NCBI GenBank assembly: GCA_963790995.1
Contig: CAWBQQ010000001.1
Span: 642,034-706,033, forward strand
Reading direction: 5' to 3'
Length of the DNA stretch: 64,000 bases
DNA from: an uncultured Bacteroidota bacterium
GTDB lineage: Bacteria > Bacteroidota > Ignavibacteria > Kryptoniales > JAKASW01
In this document: positions 8,840 through 16,611 of the stretch, one piece after another
Layout of the letters: every line of letters starts with the position of its first letter
How positions within the stretch are numbered: the stretch's first letter is position 1
The notes under the pieces: model-generated
Databases searched by the model: none
What the model saw: the letters and a program-made list of their open reading frames with translations, nothing else
Told to the model about the DNA's origin: nothing
Translations under genes and position numbers: made by a program

Positions 8840-10234
8840 TCAACTCTTGCTAAGCATCTCCTCGCGTCTGAGTTGACCCAATGATTTCTGGAGATCATCT
8901 TCGTCGAGTGTGCTGTCCTCTAATTTGCCTTGCAAGTAAGCATCGTAGGCACTCATGTCGAAATGACCGTGACCGGATAAATTGAACGCAATCACTTCCT
9001 CTTTTCGCTCGGACTTAGCCCGAAGCGCTTCATCGATTGCCGCTCGAATCGCATGAGAGGATTCAGGTGCGGGGATGATTCCTTCGCTTTTCGCAAACTT
9101 CAAAGCGGCGTCGAATACTTCATTTTGTGAATACGCAACCGCTTGAATTATTTTCTGGTTCACCAGAGCAGATATAAGAGGTGATACTCCATGGTATCTC
9201 AGACCACCCGCATGAATTGCAGGAGGAACGAAATTATGGCCGAGTGTGTGCATTGAAAGAAGGGGCGTCAATCCGGCGGTGTCTCCGTAATCGTATGTGA
9301 AAACTCCTCGGGTCAATGTTGGGCAGGCAGAAGGCTCAACGGCTATAACTCGCATTTTCCTCGCCCGCGGCTTGCTTTCCAAAATCTCTCTCACGAATGG
9401 AAATGCAAATCCACCAAAGTTCGATCCGCCGCCGACACATCCGATTATCGTGTCCGGATATTCTCCGGCTTTTTCCAATTGCTTCATCGTCTCTTCACCT
9501 ATGATTGTCTGATGAAGAAGTACGTGGTTGAGAACGCTTCCTAAAGAATACTTGGTATCAGAATCACTTGCTGCAACTTCTACAGCCTCGCTTATCGCCA
9601 TTCCCAAACTTCCCGAAGAGTCAGGATCTTTTTCTAATAGCTCCTTCCCGGAATTTGTCTCCAGACTCGGACTCGCAGTAACTTGAGCACCCCATACCTG
9701 CATCATTATGCGTCGGTAAGGCTTTTGATCGTAGGAAGACTTTACCATGAAGACTTTGCAACCAAGCTGGAAATAATTACACGCCATGGCCAGCGCACTT
9801 CCCCACTGCCCAGCGCCCGTCTCTGTTGAAAGACGCTTCACGCCTTCAAGCTTGTTGTAGTATGCCTGTGCGGTTGCAGTATTTGGCTTGTGGCTTCCCG
9901 CCGGGCTGACCGATTCATTTTTGTAATAAATATGCGCCGGAGTCTCAAGCAGTTCTTCCAGCCCCCGCGCCCTGACGAGAGGCGTCGGTCTCCACTTCAA
10001 GTATACTTTCAAGACCTCTTCCGGGATTTTCGTGAATCGCTTTTCGGAAACCTCCTGCTCGATAAGGCTCTGGGGAAAAATTGCACTAAGTTTGTCCGGC
10101 CCAATCGGCAGGTTGGTCTGCGGATCGAGCGGGGGAAGAGGTTTCTCCTTTAAATCTGCCGCGACATTGTACCACTTGTGGGGGATTTCTCTTTCTGTTA
10201 AATAAATCCGATTAGGAATTAGCTTTGATTTCAT
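8840..10234 (-). CDS. trpB: TrpB-like PLP-dependent enzyme (tryptophan synthase beta chain 2, TrpB2 type)
   Basis: 464-aa ORF. PLP-lysine region SPAGSHKPNTA, TGAGQWGSALA, and GGGSNFGG. The long N-terminal extension is typical of TrpB2. No trpA or other trp genes are nearby. Confidence 0.85.
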   Translation of the reverse strand: MKSKLIPNRIYLTEREIPHKWYNVAADLKEKPLPPLDPQTNLPIGPDKLSAIFPQSLIEQEVSEKRFTKIPEEVLKVYLKWRPTPLVRARGLEELLETPAHIYYKNESVSPAGSHKPNTATAQAYYNKLEGVKRLSTETGAGQWGSALAMACNYFQLGCKVFMVKSSYDQKPYRRIMMQVWGAQVTASPSLETNSGKELLEKDPDSSGSLGMAISEAVEVAASDSDTKYSLGSVLNHVLLHQTIIGEETMKQLEKAGEYPDTIIGCVGGGSNFGGFAFPFVREILESKPRARKMRVIAVEPSACPTLTRGVFTYDYGDTAGLTPLLSMHTLGHNFVPPAIHAGGLRYHGVSPLISALVNQKIIQAVAYSQNEVFDAALKFAKSEGIIPAPESSHAIRAAIDEALRAKSERKEEVIAFNLSGHGHFDMSAYDAYLQGKLEDSTLDEDDLQKSLGQLRREEMLSKS

Positions 10235-10504
10235 ATTATTGTTCTTTCATCAAAATTTAGATTTACCTGCGTTCACCCAGGCTGTGTACCAGTATGTTGC
10301 CTCTTTTCTGGCCGCATTCTGCACCTATAACTCTAAATTGCCGTGCAATTCACCGCCAATTTTGGTCTATCGCTCTTCAGAATAGGCATACACTTCTATA
10401 CTGTCCCGGATTCCGATAAAGCAGAGCGGGTGCCGTAAAGTACCAACTTTTGCAAAACCATCTGGTCAAATGTTCTCATTACGGATCAATTTCCGTGTTG
10501 ATCA

Positions 10505-10534
10505 GTCCGTCCGTACGCACGTGTACGGGCGGAC
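10505..10534 (-). terminator. GC-rich hairpin just after the small basic-protein gene (terminator-like, no U-tract)
   Basis: GTCCGTCCGTAC GCACGT GTACGGGCGGAC forms a 12-bp stem with one G-U/mismatch position. It starts 14 nt downstream of the stop at 10548. Confidence 0.35.
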
Positions 10535-10547
10535 CATAATGAATTAA

Positions 10548-10643
10548 TTACCTAATCTTTTTCTTATGACGCATCTTGCGAAGACGTTTCTTTCGTTTGT
10601 GTGTCGACATTTTATGACGTTTCCGCTTTTTACCACTTGGCAT
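10548..10643 (-). CDS. 31-aa highly basic micro-protein, bS22/THX-like (AURKAIP1/COX24-domain type) putative ribosomal protein
   Basis: Below the ORF-track size cutoff. My translation reads MPSGKKRKRHKMSTHKRKKRLRKMRHKKKIR*. A perfect AGGAGG lies 7 nt upstream of the ATG (10643-10641), which is 8 nt after the upstream gene stop. The sequence resembles small basic proteins I recall from FCB-group genomes. Confidence 0.7.
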   Translation of the reverse strand: MPSGKKRKRHKMSTHKRKKRLRKMRHKKKIR

Positions 10644-10651
10644 CGTACCTC

Positions 10652-11656
10652 CTAGTTTTTAATATTCGCGTGCTGTTCCATGATCTGCTCTGCTTGCTTT
10701 CCGACATCGCTTTGCGGATCGAGTTGCACACATTTTTTTAATGCATCATTTGATTTATCAATTTCACCGGCGTTCAAATAAACTATGCCGAGATTGAAAT
10801 AAGCCTTCTGGTGTTTCGGATCCATTTTAATCGCCTGGTTCAATTGAGCCATCGCCTCTTGAGTATGTCCGCCTTCATACAATGTAACTCCATAATCAAC
10901 CCGCGCATCAACATTGTCGGGAACCTTATCGAGGTACCGATTGTAATAAATCGCTGCTTGATCGTACATGCTGTTATCCTGAAGCATGTTCGATAGCCTG
11001 AGTGTTGAGACAAGATCCGAAGGGTTCTTGTCGACTACCTGTCGCAGGCGATCAATTTCGTGCAACACGTCGGCATTAGGCTCACCGCCCGAAGATTGCT
11101 GCTGTGCGGCTCCGCCGGAATCATTTTGCTGAGTAGCAACAGGTTTCGAACTCATCAGCCCATAAACCAATATGCCGCCGAGCAGCAATGCAGCGGCGAT
11201 AGATATAAGCTGGTACGACTGAAGATGGAATTGCTTGCCATCCGGATTCTGATGGCTCGCCATTGACTTCTTAATTCTGGATTTGCCGGAACGATTCCGA
11301 CTTGACGACATCGAGCCCGGATCTGGAATTTGCGTGGTGGCACCCGGATTTTGCGCATGAGCCTGTTCGTTTACAATCGAAAATGGTCGTTCACTGCTCT
11401 CTGCCGACTGACGACTGGCCGTTCTCTTGAGAAACGTGCCGCATGATTCACACGACTTCGCGTCCGCTGAATTCTGGAAACCGCATGTCGGACATGTAAC
11501 CATTTCAACTCTCGAAGTTCGAATTTCAGAATCGGAATCGCCAGCCGTGGAATGCCCGCCGGTGCTTGCAGGTTGTATCTTTGTGCCGCACCTCGGACAA
11601 AAGCTAAAGTCACTTGACATTTCCGTACCACAATGAGGGCAAAATGTGGTCGTCAT
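10652..11656 (-). CDS. double zinc-ribbon / TM / TPR-repeat protein
   Basis: 334-aa ORF. CPHCG...CPRCG and CPTCG...CESCG zinc ribbons, one TM segment (LISIAAALLLGGILVYGL), and C-terminal TPR repeats (AAIYYNRYL..., AYFNLGIVYLNAGE). Confidence 0.7.
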   Translation of the reverse strand: MTTTFCPHCGTEMSSDFSFCPRCGTKIQPASTGGHSTAGDSDSEIRTSRVEMVTCPTCGFQNSADAKSCESCGTFLKRTASRQSAESSERPFSIVNEQAHAQNPGATTQIPDPGSMSSSRNRSGKSRIKKSMASHQNPDGKQFHLQSYQLISIAAALLLGGILVYGLMSSKPVATQQNDSGGAAQQQSSGGEPNADVLHEIDRLRQVVDKNPSDLVSTLRLSNMLQDNSMYDQAAIYYNRYLDKVPDNVDARVDYGVTLYEGGHTQEAMAQLNQAIKMDPKHQKAYFNLGIVYLNAGEIDKSNDALKKCVQLDPQSDVGKQAEQIMEQHANIKN

Positions 11657-12033
11657 TTTTGCGCTGCCTCTTCGACGTTTCCATTTTCATCCTCTCGAAG
11701 ATTCCGTCCGTCGGATGCATCCGTTTCATTTGCAGAATCCGTGCGCGGGAGATGCTCGTCTACGAAAGCTCTAAATTCTTTCGAGACCTTAAAGTAAGGG
11801 ACGAACTGTTCTTTAACCGGGTACGCCTGGCCCGTTTTTGGATTTCGCGCCATGCGTCCTTTTCTCTGGCGTATCTTAAAACTGCCGAACCCTCTAATCT
11901 CAATTGTCTTTCCCTCAGAAAGAGCATTTCGTACCGACGCAAGAAAGCCTTCTACAACAGCTTGCGTTTCTATTTTCGTGAGACCCGTTTGCAAAGCGAT
12001 CTCCTCAACGATGTCGGCTTTAGTAACGCTCAT
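11653..12033 (-). CDS. HU/IHF-family DNA-binding protein with acidic C-terminal extension
   Basis: 126-aa ORF. ...IEIRGFGSFKIRQRKGRMARNPKTGQAYPV matches the HU beta-arm signature. Confidence 0.85.
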   Translation of the reverse strand: MSVTKADIVEEIALQTGLTKIETQAVVEGFLASVRNALSEGKTIEIRGFGSFKIRQRKGRMARNPKTGQAYPVKEQFVPYFKVSKEFRAFVDEHLPRTDSANETDASDGRNLREDENGNVEEAAQK

Positions 12034-12114
12034 TACTTCTCCTTCTCAACTCACATAGCTCATGGTTCATGGCTCATAGAAGTTAAATCTCAACTATAAG
12101 CACGGTGCTATCAA

Positions 12115-13006
12115 TTAATTCAGTTTGTATTGTAAGATCGGTTGTTCGACGAAATCTTTTTCGAAGAGATGAATGTTGGAAAAAACATCGCCGAAAATCA
12201 TATCTGCAAGTGTTCTATGCTTTCTAGCTTCGATTACAACCGGCGTTCCCTTTATTCCGCCAAGTTTTGCCGCTATCTTGATTGCATCCTCAAAAGAGCC
12301 AAGCGTATCTATTAACCCCAGCTTCAAAGCTTGCTCGCCGGTGAAGATACGCCCGTCCGCAAACTTCTTTAAATTCTCAATTGAAAGTTTTCTTTCTTTG
12401 GACACGACATCGAGGAATTGCTGATAGGTATTATCGACAACACCCTGAAAAATGTCTTCGTCTTCTTTCGTTTCCGGTCTGAATGGGGAGCCGGAGTCTT
12501 TGTACTTGCCGCTCTTAATCACATTCATCTGCAGACCGATTTTATCCATCAATTTATTAAAATTCGGGAATGTCGCAATAACTCCGATGCTCCCGGTTAT
12601 CGTCCCTGGATTCGCTACGATCCTTGTTGCGCCGCAGCTGACATAATAACCGCCGCTTGCTGCAAGAGCCCCCATAGAAACAACGACCGGCTTCACGGAA
12701 TCTCGTATCGATTTTACTTCTTCATAAATCTCCTGGCTCGCTGCGACTCCACCGCCTGGACTGTCAACTCGAAGCAAGATGACTTTAACGCTGCTGTTCT
12801 CTGCAAGAGTCTGCAGAGTCGAAACAATTTCTTGGGATGAAAGGATAGTTCCGCTCAAATCAACTACCGCGATTTTTGCACTTGAACCTGAAAGATTGTA
12901 CTCGCTTTGTTCGGAACGTCTCGCCAGACATGACAACAATCACAAGGACGCTGCAAGCGAGGATAATTCCTATCAGCCAGAGAAAAACTTTTGTCGATTT
13001 CTTCAT
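12115..13006 (-). pseudogene. sppA: signal peptide peptidase SppA (36K type), N-terminal anchor separated from the body by a +1 frameshift (or assembly indel)
   Basis: The 274-aa ORF (TTG-initiated in the track) contains SPGGGV, AASGGYY and the KYKD..SPF motifs. The expected signal-anchor MKKSTKVFLWLIGIILACSVLVIVVMSGE starts at ATG 13006 in the frame offset by one. Stops confine the shift to 12863-12939. Span is 892 nt, which is 1 mod 3. Confidence 0.75.
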
Positions 13007-13269
13007 CAAATCCTGAGCAACACTTATCTATAAGTCTTATTTACTCAACATTTTAGCACTTATGCCAATGAAAATCAATTTAGGCAGGCATCCACAAAAG
13101 TGTCGACGAAACCCGCCGAAAAAACTCGACTGCGACGGCAAGCTAAACGTCTCCAAGAAAATAAAAAGAGAATTTTATCCTCACTTCCCTTCGCTTAATT
13201 AGTCCGCATGCAAATCCGGCATTCGAAGGCCAAATAAGTTTCGGATATTTTCAAATAAACCTACTCGAC

Positions 13270-13707
13270 TCAGCCGACACTTATCTTAAAAATACTTCCC
13301 ACTACTATACTTGCTATGATAACAAGAAACACCATGGCAGTTACGAAAACGAACTTCCTATCTTTCTCCATCCAAAACGCAAAAATAGAAATCAGGACTC
13401 TGCTTACAGGCGTAAGAATGAGACTAACCGTTCCGAGATAGAGAAACGATCGTGGGTTCAAGGAGAGAATTCCGGACAAAAGAGTTCGAAGAGAGTGGAA
13501 ATACTGCGAGGAGACGTCCGGTACAGAATCTCCTTTCGCAAAAAGGAGGATTAATCCGATCAGATAGAAACCGACGGTAGTGTATATGCCTATCGCCAGG
13601 ATGTTGGCAACGACCTTGTTTATAAACCGGACTTCCATTTTATCAGGTTGAGGAACCCGTTCCGCGACCGGGACATTTGCTTTTTGAGGGTGAAAAATAT
13701 CGCTCAT
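13270..13707 (-). CDS. DUF1634-like small membrane protein
   Basis: 145-aa ORF with 3-4 TM segments. It overlaps the upstream TauE/SafE gene by 4 nt, which is the usual pairing. Confidence 0.55.
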   Translation of the reverse strand: MSDIFHPQKANVPVAERVPQPDKMEVRFINKVVANILAIGIYTTVGFYLIGLILLFAKGDSVPDVSSQYFHSLRTLLSGILSLNPRSFLYLGTVSLILTPVSRVLISIFAFWMEKDRKFVFVTAMVFLVIIASIVVGSIFKISVG

Positions 13708-14591
13708 AGCAAACCCGGGAGATTAATGTTGAAACCCGACGACAACCCTTTAGCAAGCATTTGATAACCAAGGTAAATCATGAGAACAAAGAAAACTGTT
13801 TTTATCACACGGCTTTGCAGCTTATTCATGACAGCGCTGCCGAAAGTTGCTCCCAGCATCGTTCCGAGCGCTACAGGTGCAACTACATAAAAGTCTATGC
13901 CGCCTGCGATGAAATAGACAACCGCACTAATTGCTGCGGTAACGCCGATCATGAACTTGCTCGTAGCAACAGCGACCTTCATTGGAATTCCCATGATCGA
14001 ATTCATTGCTGCAACTTTAATAACTCCACCGCCGATTCCCAACATTCCGGAGCCGAGACCGGCAAGCGATGAAACTAAGCTCCCCTGGATAGTATTCGTT
14101 GCCCGGTAATCCACTTCCTTTTGCATTGCAGCATCATGGTAATAGCCGGTCAACTTAAGCGAACGAGAAATTCTATCCGAGGAATCCACACCGCCGTAAC
14201 TCCCGGCCTGAATCATTTTATCCTCTGTCTCGCGCGTCTTGAACGAAACTATCGCCATATAAAAAATCAACGTCGAAAATGTCACGGCAAGAATCCACCC
14301 GTGCACCATCACGCCGATAAATGCCCCGACGAGAGCGCCTAGCGTAGTGGAAATTTCCAGGAACATCCCCAAACGCACGTTCGTGATCTGCTGATCGACA
14401 TAAGAACGCGCGCCAGCAATGGAAGTGGCGATTACCGAAACGATGCTTGCGGCTATCGCCGTATGGATGGGAAGATGGAATAAAATCGATAATACAGGGA
14501 CGATTACTATGCCGCCGCCGATTCCGACAAGCGCCCCGAAAAATCCTGCGAAGATCGCTATGAGAAACATAGCGAGGAACGTGACAAACAT
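13704..14591 (-). CDS. TauE/SafE family sulfite/anion exporter
   Basis: 295-aa ORF with 7-8 TM segments and glycine-rich repeats (GALVGIGGGIVIVP, GMLGIGGGVI) typical of the TauE family. Confidence 0.75.
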   Translation of the reverse strand: MFVTFLAMFLIAIFAGFFGALVGIGGGIVIVPVLSILFHLPIHTAIAASIVSVIATSIAGARSYVDQQITNVRLGMFLEISTTLGALVGAFIGVMVHGWILAVTFSTLIFYMAIVSFKTRETEDKMIQAGSYGGVDSSDRISRSLKLTGYYHDAAMQKEVDYRATNTIQGSLVSSLAGLGSGMLGIGGGVIKVAAMNSIMGIPMKVAVATSKFMIGVTAAISAVVYFIAGGIDFYVVAPVALGTMLGATFGSAVMNKLQSRVIKTVFFVLMIYLGYQMLAKGLSSGFNINLPGLL

Positions 14592-14703
14592 GGCATGAAT
14601 ATATTTTGCCCCCCTGAAAAATCAAAGGCAGCATTTCTTGTTGTATCATACCACAATTTTTGAGTAAATTAGAGCATAAAAGCTATTTGCATATTTCAAC
14701 CAG

Positions 14704-15630
14704 ATGAAAAGAGTTTTGAGCTACTTTCGATTGATCAGACCCAATCAGTGGGTCAAAAACGTATTTGTATTTGTTCCACTTATATTCTCAAAAAATCTCT
14801 TCGACTTCCATCTATTTGCCGGATCGCTTCTAACGTTCGCTTCCTTCTGTTTTGCCGCATCATCTGTATATATCGTTAACGACATAGCCGATAGAGAATT
14901 AGACAAGCTACACCCCATCAAAAAAGACCGCCCGATCGCCGCGGGTGCAGTTACGGTAGTAGAAGGCTGGAGCCTCGCGGTTCTTTTATTAATCATTTCT
15001 TTCGCGGTCATCAAGATTGGCAGCGTCCGCTTTACAGTTATAATTCCGATTGCAGCGTACATAATATTGAATTTGCTTTACTCATTTGCACTTAAGCGAA
15101 TAGTGCTGATCGATTTATTCGTGATAGCCGCCGGATTTATTCTCAGAATCATTGCGGGCGGCTATGCCATAGACGTCAAGATTTCCAGCTGGTTAATTAT
15201 GACAACTCTCTTCATCTCAATTTTTCTCGGCGTAGCCAAAAGAAGAGGTGAATTCGTCCATCTTAGTCAAAGCAAAGACGAATCTTCGAGAAAAGTTTTG
15301 ATCAATTACGATTTAAGCTTGATCGATCAAATTTTGTCGATTTCATCCGCAAGTGTGATTATAACTTATGCGCTATACACAGTCTCCGAACGAACGGTAA
15401 TGGCATTCAAGACCGAAGCACTTATATTCACAACGATATTCGTGGTCTATGGAATTTTCAGGTACCTTTACCTCATACATAAAATGGGACTCGGCGAAAG
15501 TCCGATCAACGCTCTCTTCACCGACAAGCCGATGGTCATCAATATAATCTTTTATGTCGCCTCCGCAATCGCCATCATCTATAAGCAGGAATTGATACGC
15601 GTCATTTCGAAGTATGTCCCGTTCCCGTAA
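14704..15630 (+). CDS. UbiA-family prenyltransferase (decaprenyl-phosphate phosphoribosyltransferase-like)
   Basis: 308-aa ORF. Contains the NDIADRELDKLHPIKKDRPIA motif (NDxxD...D) and 8-9 TM segments. Confidence 0.75.
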   Translation: MKRVLSYFRLIRPNQWVKNVFVFVPLIFSKNLFDFHLFAGSLLTFASFCFAASSVYIVNDIADRELDKLHPIKKDRPIAAGAVTVVEGWSLAVLLLIISFAVIKIGSVRFTVIIPIAAYIILNLLYSFALKRIVLIDLFVIAAGFILRIIAGGYAIDVKISSWLIMTTLFISIFLGVAKRRGEFVHLSQSKDESSRKVLINYDLSLIDQILSISSASVIITYALYTVSERTVMAFKTEALIFTTIFVVYGIFRYLYLIHKMGLGESPINALFTDKPMVINIIFYVASAIAIIYKQELIRVISKYVPFP

Positions 15631-16462
15631 AGCCGAGCTAATTCTTCTTTCGATAACTCTAATCTGGGGCGGAACTTTTGCGGTCGTTAAATTCGCACTC
15701 GCGAGCTCATCTCCGCTGACGTTTCTTGCCATAAGATTTGGAATCGCCTCGCTGATCTTCCCGCTCATCTACAGAAAAAAATATTTCTCGATGGACAAAT
15801 CGACATTAATCGACGGAGTATCACTTGGAGTTTTATTGATGATCGGATTCGCTTTTCAGACAATCGGCTTGAAATATACCACCTCGTCAAAGTCTGCTTT
15901 CATCACCGGCCTCCTCGTTGCCTTCACGCCAATTGCTCAAGCGATTATCGAAAAAAAACTGCCTTCAAGAGGAAATTGGATCGGGGTTGGACTCGTCGCC
16001 ATCGGGCTTTTCCTTTTAACTTCGCCGGGCGGGCAAAGCTTCAACATCGGCGACTTGCTCACATTTTTCTGTGCGATCTCTTACGCCATATATATCGTAT
16101 ATTTAGACATTTTCTCAAAGAAGCACGACGTTTCCAAGTTGACGCTTCTCCAGCTTTCTGTCACGAGTCTCCTGTCAGTCTCAGTAGCACCATTTCTTGA
16201 AACGATGGAAGTCCATTTTACGAGCGGGCTCATTTGGGCACTTCTTTATACATCGATTTTCGCGACGGTTTTCGCTACTTACTTGCAAACAAAATATCAG
16301 CGTGACACAACTCCCGTTAGAGCGGCCATAATTTTCTCTATGGAGCCGGTTCTCGCAAATGTTATCGCGTTTTTTGCGTTCGGAGAATTTCTCGGATATA
16401 TCGGCGCAATAGGAGGCGCACTTATTATTGCAGGGCTCTTGACTTCGGAATTGGTAGCTTGA
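15614..16462 (+). CDS. DMT-superfamily transporter (EamA domains)
   Basis: 282-aa ORF with 10 TM segments in two EamA-like halves. Overlaps the upstream gene by 17 nt. Confidence 0.75.
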   Translation: MSRSRKAELILLSITLIWGGTFAVVKFALASSSPLTFLAIRFGIASLIFPLIYRKKYFSMDKSTLIDGVSLGVLLMIGFAFQTIGLKYTTSSKSAFITGLLVAFTPIAQAIIEKKLPSRGNWIGVGLVAIGLFLLTSPGGQSFNIGDLLTFFCAISYAIYIVYLDIFSKKHDVSKLTLLQLSVTSLLSVSVAPFLETMEVHFTSGLIWALLYTSIFATVFATYLQTKYQRDTTPVRAAIIFSMEPVLANVIAFFAFGEFLGYIGAIGGALIIAGLLTSELVA

Positions 16463-16611
16463 AATGAAGTATCTAAAGCCTGAACTTGATCAAATTCCCT
16501 TAAGTCTCCGCAAAAGACAAAAATTAATTTGAGAATTGATGTTTTACATAAAGAAGCCGATATACTTATCAGAGTTGGATAGAGGCCAACGCTAAGGATG
16601 TAATTGAGAGT

